Source of the DNA: Lobosporangium transversale
Lineage: Eukaryota
Length of the DNA: 64,000 bases
Direction: 5' to 3'
Assembly (NCBI RefSeq): GCF_002105155.1
Contig: NW_019029016.1
Span: 1-64,000 of the forward strand
Of the stretch, positions 1 through 10,699 are shown in pieces (position 1 is the stretch's first letter; each line of letters opens with the position of its first letter). The notes under the pieces are model-generated. The model was given only the letters and a program-made list of their open reading frames with translations, was not told where the DNA came from and ran no database searches. The position numbers and the translations under genes are program-made.

Positions 1-168
1 GATTGATTGTGGTTGCCTGGCTGCCTTCGATTGCTTTGACTAAGGTTTTCTGTCTTTAATTTTGATGAGGGAGTCTATAGCTCCTATGACTGAGCCAACC
101 GTCTACCGACTTTGGGCCTTGGCTGGCTTTCAATGAGGTTTCTTTTGGTTGAGTGGAGTGAGCTGGTT

Positions 169-199
<31 letters not shown>

Positions 200-239
200 G
201 CAGTGACGTGACTGCTATCTGCTGATTTTTGGTTCTGAC

Positions 240-445
240 TTTTGGTTCCTGGCTTCTGGCTTTTGACTTCTGGGTTCTGCCTTTTGGCTTCTGGCTTTTG
301 GCTTTTGGCTTCTGGCTTCTGACTTTTGGCTTCTGGCTTCGATCTTTTGACTTCCGACTTCTGGCATTTGGCTTCTGGCATTTGGCTTCTGGCATTTGGA
401 TTCTGGCTTCTGACTTTGGCTTCTGGCTTCTGGCTTCTGGCTTCG
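240..445. repeat. Degenerate 7-bp tandem array (GGCTTCT/GGCTTTT)n
   Basis: Directly visible; also at ~19135-19340 (reverse) and ~58000-58210. Confidence 0.9.
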
Positions 446-575
446 GGGGTTTTTTTTTTTTTTTTTTTTTTTTCTTTTGAAGTTTTTATTCTTTTTTTAA
501 TTTTCATTTGAAGTTTTTTTTTTTTTTTTTTTTTTTGGTTTTTTTTTTTTGGGTTTTTTGGGGGTTTTTATATGA

Positions 576-701
576 CCGTTGGCTGTTAACTGTTGGCCGT
601 TGGCTGTTAACTGTTGGCCGTTGGCTGTTAACTGTTGGCCGTTGGCTGTTAACTGTTGGCCGTTGGCTGTTGGCTGTTGGCTGTTGGCTGTTGGCTGTTG
701 G
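576..701. repeat. 21-bp (CCGTTGGCTGTTAACTGTTGG)x4 followed by (GGCTGTT)n
   Basis: Directly visible; only one 21-mer unit in copy D (~58342). Confidence 0.9.
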
Positions 702-2574
702 TTATTAGCTCTGAGGCTATTTCTCCAGGCGCTCTATGTTTCGGTTTTTATCTTTTTTTTTATCTTTTTTTTTTTTTTGTTCTTTGTTTTGTGTTTTGGT
801 TATTTGCTTTTTTTTTTTTGTTCTTTGTTTTGTGTTTTGGTTATTTGCTTTTTTTTTTTTCTGCTATTGGATGTTGGGTGTTGACTGCTGACTTCTGGCG
901 CTTGACTATTGGCTTCGGCCCTCGGCCCTCGGCTGCTGTCTGCTTTCTATTGGCCCTGCGCTCCTAGCCGCAAGGCCCTCTACTCCCCTTATGACCCTTG
1001 CTCTCGCTTCTCCAAGCAGAGGTCTCATTGCAATAGTCTATCGAACGACTAGCCAATGAAGCCCTACTATGACCAGAGTACCTTTGGTTCAGACGGCAGG
1101 TAACAGGTCACACAACATGACGCCTCTACGCCATGCACTACACACTACAGCCAGGCGCCTGGTGCAGCTTCGCTAATTGAGGTGATCTAAGAATGGTGTC
1201 AGTAGCAATGAACTATTTACTAAACACTATAGAGCTCCGAGTTGCCAAGATCCCACCTAAACAGAGAGAACAAAAGCAATGGTAGAAACAAGTTAATATG
1301 CTCTTTGCTATGTATGCGCATGTATACTTACCTGAGGTGTTATCAGGCCTTGATAACACCTGATCCTGATCCTGGTCCTGATCCTGATCCTGCTGGAGGG
1401 GGGACCTCCTTGAGGGCCGAGACTCGAGCTCTATAGGCCTAGTAAACAGGCCACTGCTACTGACTTACCATACTTGGATGACCACAACTGTGTGTCATCT
1501 GTTACCTACGCGAAATCCCCAAGGGCACTCGGATCAAAGTAAGGTCCAGAGGCTAGAGGCTCTCTAGAGCTACTACAATGATCCCCCTTCAAGGAGTTGC
1601 GAGGGATTGACAGAGGGCCCGGCAGGCTAGAGTCCAAGCGGATGAGCCTTTAAGGGAAGAAGACAAAAAAAACACGCGTGGTTAGAATATTTGGTAATCA
1701 GAACACAGCAGAGTACAGACAGAAAGTCACGACATGTACTCTAAAAGAAATTGTACTTACAGCTCCGCTTTCGCCCCATTTCGATAAGCACTGCATGAGC
1801 TTTTTGCAGTCTTTGGGACAATCGTCGCCGTGAGCCTAGGGCTACAGCTAGAAGGAGGAAAACGAAACAAAAAAAAAAAAAAAAAAAAAAAAAGAACGAA
1901 GATAGCTTTGTAAGTATGCTGAGCTTATTCATAGTAGGGGCAACAGTGGATAATCACAAGCAAGACAAAACGAAGCCATGCATAAACTATATACTTACTT
2001 GATGACAGCAGCGAGGGCACTTCTGTGGATGACCAGGTGAGGTTTTTTTTTGCTTTTTCTGGTCTGTAGTTTGCTGTTGAGTTGCTCAGAGTGTTCCCTG
2101 GTTCTGCTCTGTAGCTGGCTAGGCGTTTGTATCATTTGTGGTCTAACAGTGGTGTGAAAGAGGGAGAAAAAGAGAGAAAGAGAGATAGACAGGGAATGAA
2201 AAGTCAGAACAAGTACAGTGCAGCATAAGGTGAGAGAGTTAGGACTTTAGTAAGGGTGAATATTTGTGGAGTGTTGCTTACCTTTCATGTTGGTCGATGA
2301 GGCTGAACTGGAAGAGAAGCGAAAAAGGGAAAGAAGGGAAAGAAAGAAAGAAAGAAAAGGAAAAAAAAAGGAAAGAAAAGAAAAAAAGCTTATTTTGTAT
2401 CGGAAGCACTCGCGAGTAAAGGACGAATGGATGAATGATGAGTGGTTTTTGAAGTCGCGCAGGAAAAATGATAAGTGAAACCAATTTGCGATTTCAGAGT
2501 ATTGACTGAATAATGAATATATCAAGCATCTTGCTTTTTGTACGCTCTAGAGCTCTAGAGCGGCCAAAAAAAAG

Positions 2575-3030
2575 GAAAAAAAGAAAAAAAGAAAAAAAAG
2601 CGGCGTAGCGGAATTTGAAAATGGATAATATGCGCAATACATGATATCATCCGTCATTTTTCATATGCATACAAGAGGGAAAAGAGAAAGCACTCATGGG
2701 TGGAGGTGGGGAAAAGCACTGCTAACATTCCGTCTTCCGTCTTCAAGATCTGCAAGATCATATAAACAACAATATTAGGCTACCCACAAACAATCAGAGC
2801 ACGAGCCACATTGCTCTCTCTGCATGCTAAGGTGGTGCAACAAAGAAAGAAATATCTATTTAGACAGCGAGCTAAGAGCACAAGCATATTAACACTCGCT
2901 TTCTCCACCTTGTAAGCATATGAAAATTGACAAATGATATCACAGGTGCGCAGATTATCGATTTTCAATTTCCGCTATGCCGTTTTCTTTTTCTTTTCTT
3001 TTTCTTTTTCTTTCCTTTTTTTTTTCCTTT
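2575..3030. repeat. Imperfect ~100-bp inverted repeat (foldback/MITE-like)
   Basis: 2600-2700 (cggcgtagcggaatttgaaaatggataat...tcatatgcatacaag) pairs with 2895-2985 (cttgtaagcatatgaaaattg...ttcaatttccgctatgccg), with A-rich/T-rich outer flanks; a single arm recurs at ~27640-27730. Confidence 0.65.
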
Positions 3031-3479
3031 TTATTTTTCCTTTTTTTTTCTTATATGTCTATACAATGCACTATTTTGTACTACTCATTATATTTGACTC
3101 AATAGCTCTTTGCATCCTATATATTAAAACGAAAGGGTGTCTGCACGTGCCGAAATGTGACTGCCATGAAGGCAAAGTGACTGCTACAGAGAGTGGCTTT
3201 GGCCCCAATATGGCTCCCTGGGTGGAAATAAAGAGGTATCTTATTTGTAAATGAAAAGAGAAAATAAAGGGTAGTGCTCTCTTCATTGCAAATGCCGACA
3301 CCAAAAAATTTTTGCTCAAAAAAATTTGACCTCTACTCTGAGTACGGTATACACACTATTAAAGGTCATGTCAACAATATACGATGCGAGAGTATATACA
3401 TATTATGGGCCTGAACTCTTGGCGTACTTTACCACTCTACACCTTCTTCTATCACATTCCTTGCTTTCACACACTTTAC

Positions 3480-3900
3480 CTTCACATATCTTTCACTCTT
3501 CATTTGAAAAGAAAAAAAAAAGATATGTTCCATACGTTCATCTGTCAGACCTTCGCCACCTGCCAAATGGGTCATCAAAGCATGGCAAGTCCGGTGAGAC
3601 GGAGGTTTGAAGAGAGCTTACAAGGAGGAGAACAGGTGAAGGAATATGACTGGGCTTATAGGCCAATCGGCTCTGCCCTGCTTGCATTGCTTGAATAGGA
3701 GATGGAAAAAGGGGAAGAAAGGAAAAATGAGGTAGAAAGGTTTAAGACTGCAGCTGAACTTCGATGTAGTGCTTGCTTGACGTAGGTTGCTCTTGCAGCA
3801 AGGATGTGTTTGTCCTATTCTAAGGATAGCCAGGCTCAAGTCCTTGGTCTAACGGCACTCACTCCACCGAGTTGATCTCCAGCAGCCGTCCCGCATACCT
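3480..3900 (+). pseudogene. Remnant of the Cys-rich Helitron passenger gene
   Basis: 3737-3780 encodes RFKTAAELRCSACL and ~3803 GCVCPI, matching RAELAVRLGCVVCM...CVCP of ORF 15950-16771 and LKTAAELGCSVCL at ~53060. Confidence 0.6.
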
Positions 3901-4675
3901 CCACATGAACAACTGTTCGCTCTCTTTCAATCCCACAATCTCCCTCACAAAAAGAGGACAAGGGACCTACGTACCATACTGATGCATTGTCTATAATAGA
4001 GGTAGCTAAATAGCCAAGTAATGATCATAAAAGAGTACCTCCTACACTACAAAAGTAATGCTAGAAAGCCTATCTAAAACTATGGGAATGATAATTTACA
4101 TTACGTAGTTCTTCTGCGAGGAACAATCTAGTGTAACAGTTAAATTCTAGCATTTTCGCATACCCGCCAATGCTAAAATGCTTAACTTTATTTTTGTTAT
4201 TGCATTAGGTGAGGAGAATATCGGTTTATTTCAGTGCTCCTAATCGATTCGATACAACCGAAATTGAATGGGATTGAATGCATTCGATTCAGTTTCGGCT
4301 CAGGGTAAGTTTGTACCGAAATTGAATGCTCCATTCCTGTATCGAATCGAATGAATCGAATGTGTTGAATGATACCCTTAATGTGTAGCATGGGTCGTAT
4401 GATTATATCGAATGCATCGAATGTATCGAAACCGTTTACCGAATGTATCGCAGCCGATTTACCGAATGCATCAAAACCGATTTTTTAAGCGCATCGAATG
4501 TATCTATGCACTATTTAATACGACTATATCGGCTTTTTGAATAAAAAACTTGACAGGTTAGAATGGGCTTACACAATTTGATGCGCCACGGTACATTCGA
4601 CTAACGTTCAAATGTTGGAAATATATTTAAATTTTGACTTATCACTTATAACGAATGTATACAGAACTATAGCAA

Positions 4676-7452
4676 CTAATTTATGGGAGAACATTCATCC
4701 AAGAGTCCAGGATGACCAAGCGCTGGATCGTCGTAGGGCTAAGGCTATTTCTTTCTGGTGACAGGAAGAACTTGGTTTGCGAAAAGCATCTTTCTGCCGG
4801 GGTTGATGTCACAGGGACTGCAAGATAGTCCTTTGCCATATTCGCCAAATTGGGCAAGCGCTCCTTTTGTGATCACCAGTACACTAACTCTGGAGGCTCA
4901 TGTTACTAGCAACTAGAGAACTTCCTTCTCGAACGTATAATTCAAGCTCTCCACCTTTTTTCTTGATACCATAGCGTCTCATCTCCATTTCTTCTTCAGC
5001 TGGGAGCTGACTTGGGCCTTCTTTGCCCTTATATTCATCTTCCCAGACCTTCGTTACCATGTCTTGGCTGCTTTGAATATATTCACCCCATTCGTTAGCT
5101 TCCCACCAGTCAAACCGCATCCTCGGGTCCATAGCAGTGGCGACGGCATAGACCGCTGAGGAATCAGTTTTAGAATAATAACGCAAAAGCTTCTTTAACC
5201 CTTGACCTGCTGCGTTTTTTAGTGGAGGATCCTCTTCTTTTTCAATATAATCTTCTAGGTGGTCGATCATGTTGTTGTAAGCAGACATGGCTCTGTTGAT
5301 TGTCGGGTATCCCAGGCTAGAAGACACCGTCGCTGTGATATCATTAAACTGGCTAAGCAAAATATGGAGGTTCTTCAGGTATCCCCATTCTTCGTCTTTC
5401 AGGGAGAAGGCCGATAAAAACGGTTCGTTCTGGCACATGCTCTGGTAGGCTAGCCTTAACGTTATTGCCCTATCCACCATGATGAAAGTAGAGCTCCAAC
5501 GTGTGCAGTTATCCCTTTTCAGTTCAAGGCTTGGGCATTTCAGGATAGCGCAGACCTGGCCAAACTTGTCAATTCTTTGTGGCGAAGCTCTATGTATAAG
5601 TCGATATAAAAGGTATTTTATAGTTAAGTTTCATGATTCAAGTTTATACTGTATTATCCATCGAGCCAGGACCATAAATGTGTGTTATCTTCTTTTATTG
5701 CCTAATTTAGCGAACTTTTCAGAAAACTACCCTTAAATAAAAGAAATAAACTATATAAATCTGCTCTGCTACCAAGTTGGATCTGCATCTTCTTGATAGT
5801 GAGCCAGGAAAAATAGTAAAACTAAAGACAAAAGGGTGGGTATAGGGTGGGACATATATGGTCCTGGCTCTCGGATAATAAGCTTAAGTCGTCATGTTAT
5901 TCGACTTGGCCAGCTATTTGCAGTCAAGATTATATAGTAATACTGACCTGATCTTAACAATGCCTTTTCTGAGTTTCTGTAATGTACTCAGCGTTACAAG
6001 CGTTAACCCAACCGCATCCTCACACTCATTGTTGTTCACGTAGAGACTGTCATTTTCAGGAGCCAAGTCATTCAAACCACTTGGGCCCAAAATCGCCTGA
6101 ACTGCCAGATTAATGATGTGTCCAAGGCATGGCCCATGGTATAAGCCATCCTTGAGCGGCCTAATGTTTTTTATTTTTATTTATTTTTATTTTTTTTAAG
6201 AGAAGCGTTAGAGATAACTCATTACTAGATGCGTTAGCATTATTGAAAGTGACTGAGAATTACCATTCTACTGCCTTGGGATGCTTTTCAAGCTCTTGGA
6301 TCATTTTGGACATATTTGACGCATTGTCGGTGGTGATACTTAGAAGCTTGTCACCAATTTTAAATCGATCGATGACCTTAGCCAGAGATTCCGCTAAGTT
6401 CTCACCTGTATGCGCTCCATACAATGGCTCAAATCCAATGACCAGCTCTTGTTGGCGCCAGTCATGATCAATCCAGTGAGCTGTTACCCCCAGGAAGTTG
6501 TCTTGGAAAGGGCTTGTCTAGCCATCAACGGTCAGTGATACCTTGTTAATATCCTCAAATAAGCTTATGACTTGATGCTCCATGTATTGGTATTTTAGCT
6601 TAGCCTATTTTTAATCCATCTTTTTGTCAGTGTTTGGCTGATGTTTGTTATAAAAAAAAAATAATAATTGAAGAGTAATAATAATAATAATAATAATCAT
6701 AATCATAGTAATAATAGTTTTACCTTGGTTGCCATGGTGTCATCAGACGGTAGCTTTACTTGAGATGCTGTAGCCATTGTAGCATGGACTAGAAGCTCCT
6801 GGAGAGCAGTGCTTTTGACAATCGTAAATGGCTGCTTTGTTGTGATAACGAATCGGACAAGCAATTCGTCAAATCTCGTAGGGTCAAATACTTTTGGCTG
6901 AGAAAATGAATTAAGCATCTTGTCCATCGGGCCTTGCTTGGAGAGACTGCCATCATTGGCATTGCTATCTTTAGTGATGCGATGTACTTGCCACAGATGC
7001 TGGATGACCCCTGAAGTTGACATATTCGATGAACCAAAGGTTTTCCCGCAGCTAGGGTAACAGCAGCGCATACCAGAGCCACTCTTAGTTTTAACACGCT
7101 CGGCCCACTTGTTCTTCAGTGACCACGCCCAGCTTCGGTTGATCGCCGTGCTGCTTGCCACGCTGGAGCTTCCCACGCTCCTCGTCACTAAGCTCTCATT
7201 CATCACGCTGCCGCTCATCACGCTCTCCATATCCATATCGTTGTCAGATGCGTCAAAGCTGGCAGACATAGAAGTGTTACCAACGTCATAAACCTTAAGT
7301 TCATGTATGATAAAATTGCAATGGAGGTATTAATTTAAACATTAAGGTTAAGTTTTTTCCTTCTTTTCTTAATACAAAGTAATATGGCAAATGTATTCAA
7401 TATATACTTCTTCTTCTTCCTCCTCGATAATTCGACGACGTCGTTTACTCAT
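4676..7452 (-). pseudogene. hAT transposase (BED finger, DDE core, C-terminal dimerization domain), spliced, inactivated
   Basis: BED finger (CCYPSC...HLWQVH); SLTVDG*TSPFQDNFLGVTAHW with an in-frame stop at 6518-6520; ATAMDPR; LPNLANMAKDYLAVPVTSTPAERCFS preceded by a frameshift and stop near 4880. Confidence 0.9.
5653..5918 (+). mobile_element. Mini non-autonomous DIRS-like element (266 bp) in a probable intron of the hAT transposase
   Basis: Nearly identical to 21321-21584; starts and ends with ATT; same layout as the DIRS terminal region at 48121-48336. Confidence 0.7.
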
Positions 7453-8113
7453 TTTAAGAGATGTTTTGGGCTGAATTGAGATAATGCATGAAAAGGAAAA
7501 GAGAGAAAAAAAAAAAAAAAAAAAGGAAAAGGAAAGGAAATGAGGCGAACTGAAGCGAATGCAAACACATTTGTTGTCCTGATGCCGCAGTTGAGTATTT
7601 AAGTATAACGCACCAGATATCTCGCACTCGTTGTTAGGCTTTATTTTCTATAAACATGTGTTTTAACCTTATCTTCATGGTAATATTTTTCTTAATCCAC
7701 GATTTAAATCCACATTTTGATTAAGAGTGCCGTGAGAAAAAAATTATAAAAATTTTAATCGGTTTATCAATGTACCGAATGATTCGGTATATCAAATGAA
7801 TTGAATCGGTACAATCGAGGCACCGAATGATTCGGTTTACCGAATACATCGAATATTCGATACATTCGATTCGGTTTCGACAATATATATTCATTCGGTT
7901 TCGATTCGATATGAACCTTACCTTGGTCAATTCGATTTCGGTTCGAAGGTGTATTGAATCGAATGTACCGATTAGGAGCACTGGTTTATTTCCGAAGGGA
8001 CTACATATAATTCACGTTTATCCACTGTTCTCTACTTTCGCCACTATTACATTTATTTTTATTTTATTTTATTTTTGGATTTTATTATCTATATTAGTTA
8101 AAGATCCCTCTCA

Positions 8114-9980
8114 ATGCTACGCCTTATGGCATGTAGCCTGTGCAGCAGCGACAGACATGGCAAGAGACCATGCCCTCAGAATGTAAGGAATGTGGTAAGG
8201 CCTTCTTATCTTTTTGTTTTTATGTTTTTGGAATATATAAACATTAATAATATTTTCCCAACTGATAAAGACAGAACGATTTTTCCCAATCGCCTCGCTC
8301 CCCCTTCCATTCCACGTCTGTATGTGGGTGCAGTCGTCCAGGCCATGTGCGCAGCTCATACCCAAATAATTAAGAATGAGTGATTTCGGTATTTAACAAT
8401 CGTAGAAAACTTTTTATTTTATTTGATTTTATTTTATTTTATTTTTGACATGGTAGTGGTTGGTGCATGCTGAGCTTAAGCTTATATACCTTCTATACCT
8501 TCTATACCTTGAATAACGCTGCCAGCAACGATGTGCAGAATATTGGGTCAATTCGAAGGCAAAGGTTCCTATTTTATATTCATTAGATTTTGTCATTCTT
8601 TTTTAACCCTCCATCATTATTACTTACCTGCAGGGCGAGCACCGTCAACCAGCTCCTACAGTGTATAAATGCAGTATCTGCAGTTGCCTAGGAGTAGATA
8701 TAGACCATGCTCAAGTAATAAAGGGTGAGTTTGATTTTCAACGGTTGGATTTTTTCGTCTCAGCAATAGACTATTAATCCTTAGCTTTTTCCTTTTTACT
8801 GCTTGCTTTAATAGCGTTGTTAGTAACTCAGTGCAAAATGGCGCTAGGCCTGTGTGCACACGAAGTATTGTTTTGGAGATGGTGGAGATGAAAATGAAAG
8901 ACCCGTGCAAAGACAAGGGTGTGCTACTTTTTGTTCGGTTTTTTATTGGCTTATTATACTGTATTATACATTGCGTGTACTTAATCTTACACAATTACCA
9001 TTTACCATTTACCATTGACCTTCAGAATACACGAGCGTAAAGGTGATCCTTCTGTTGAGGATGCTCCTTCTACCGAAGATAATTCCTCTGTCGAAGACAA
9101 CTTTCTACCACCCGCTAGAAAAAGGTTTCACCAAGATTTCGTTTTGGGTTCCAATGTTATGCAATATAGGTACCGGTCAGTTGCCATTATTGCGGTGCCT
9201 TCATGTTTATTGAAGAATGTGTGTGCAACGCAGTAGTAAAAGCCGGCCAGAATTTCCTTTATGCTGTGGGAGAGGTCAAGTGGATATTCCTCCACTTAGC
9301 CTTGGTTTAACTTCTTGATGGGCAGAGCCGCAAGGTAAGTTATTCCGTTAACACATATAAGCATATAACTGCGCTCTTTCGTTCACGTCCGTGGAAGTGA
9401 ACCTTGATAAAGATCTTGCGAACAACCTACATGAAGTGTACACGTTTCGTACCATTGGAAGGGTTAGTACTCTGATTGATCCTATGACGCCAACTGAAGG
9501 CGCTGCCTCTCTGTTCCTGCAGGCTCATGCTCACATTCATGACCCTGCTCAGCAAGCAAGACTCCGTAATAACCATTTCGGGGATTCCTTGATGAAGGCC
9601 TGTTGCAGTAACCACAGCAGCTCCTTGAACTACACTACCCGATAGCCCATACGCTCAAAGATGTCAGAGAATGTGCGCACGAGGATATCGTGCGGCTGAA
9701 GGTCGTCATCCGTGCTGGGCCTCAGCATGAGGGGAGAGGGCAAAGGCGAATGCAGTACAGGCCCTCTCATCAACTGGAATCGTGCTATTGATGGCTGGCG
9801 CCAGTAGTAAGGTTTCTCAGCAAGGCATCATAATTGAAAGCAGAGCCAGTGGTTTGAAAAAAACCAGTGAGGTTCATCAAGCTGAAGGCGGATGCATATA
9901 TCGGTACAATGGGTGCAATTGAGCTAAATCTCAGACCTGAGCTATAGTTGCGGAACATTGTCTCCAAGGATGGTTTGTAA
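8114..9980 (+). pseudogene. Decayed Helitron RepHel gene: CCHC exons and Rep N-terminal fragments joined to the helicase tail
   Basis: CSLCSSDRHGKRPC (~8132); VNLDKDLANNLHEVYTFRTIG...HIHDPAQQARLRN matches the Rep ORF; KLKADAYIG...LNLRPE jumps to RNIVSKDGL*, matching helicase end RNIVFKGAL*. Confidence 0.8.
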
Positions 9981-10699
9981 ATAAGCATCCTCTCATTTAC
10001 TACCGTATCTTCTAGATATTCTTCCTTATTTTGTATTTTATTTTTTGTTTATTTTACTGCTGTATACAATTTACCGGATTTTGCTTTATTGTATTTCTAT
10101 ATAGTTTGTAGTTTTTAAAATGGTAAAAAAGATCCCGGTCAATAAAAATGTTATAGATGGTAACGCTTTATTTTGTCTTCATAAAATTTCTAACGAGGCA
10201 AGAGCCGGCCGTGGCGAAGCCACGGTCTCCGGCTCGTACTCATTAAAAGGTTAATTTTACCGAGGTGGACAATGTCTGCTTCCCTTATCTGCCGTGTAAA
10301 TGTTTTGACCAACCAGAAAATAGCGAACATCTGACCGAGGGCGTCATGGCGGAAAAATAAATAATTGTGTGGTATTACCCTCTTAACGTGTTATCTCTTT
10401 ACATTTTAAATATTTACGAGCCGGAGACCGTGGCTTCGCCACGGCCTGCTCTTGCCTCGTAATAAAATTTAATGCTTACAACATAGTAAGTTATCTTTAT
10501 CGTACAAAATAAAATACAAAAACAAAATAAAATACAAAATATAAATACAAAATAAAATACAAAATATAAATGCAGGTAAAATACAAATAAGTGCTACAAA
10601 TAACGTCAGATTGAATAACAATGGAGATGAGCTGAAAGTTGACGTGAATGACTTGGGGATGAAGAAGCAGCAGGATGTCTGAAAACCAAGATATTGTGA

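Larger units (their letters stand above)
1..2480 (+). repeat. Dispersed repeat family 'R', copy A (continues left of the window)
   Basis: 1-~1930 is the near-identical reverse complement of ~17650-19579 (paired ORF coordinates sum to 19580); ~740-2450 recurs directly at ~25820-27460; 1-1800 recurs more diverged at ~57760-59545. Confidence 0.9.
4232..7983 (-). mobile_element. hAT DNA transposon, full length (3752 bp)
   Basis: 15-bp TIR CAGTGCTCCTAATCG (4232) / CGATTAGGAGCACTG (ends 7983); 8-bp TSD GTTTATTT (4224-4231, 7984-7991); subterminal ATCGA/ACCGA-rich repeats. Confidence 0.95.
3115..10236 (+). mobile_element. Decayed, internally deleted Helitron (contains nested hAT)
   Basis: 3' end: CCGTGGC-GAA-GCCACGG hairpin then CTCG|T at 10236, nearly identical to the end of the 10417-17245 element. 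Candidate 5' end A|TCCTATATATTAAAA at 3115 resembles TCTATATATTAAAG. Same internal order: passenger remnant, CCHC exons, Rep fragments. The 5' boundary is less certain. Confidence 0.7.

Noticed and set aside
240..445. Telomere or subtelomeric array
   Set aside because: No TTAGGG-type run; the arrays are internal to a dispersed repeat.
576..701. Possible CRISPR-like array
   Set aside because: Contiguous tandem units without unique spacers; eukaryotic context; no cas genes.
84..967. ORFs rich in QKPEAKS, GFWLLA or poly-F/K (also 18689-19496, 25542-26003, 58051-58670)
   Set aside because: Translations of 7-mer arrays and homopolymers, open in several frames on both strands.
1242..1436. 64-aa ORF present in four copies
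   Set aside because: TTG start; conservation reflects DNA duplication; splice signals point to the opposite strand.
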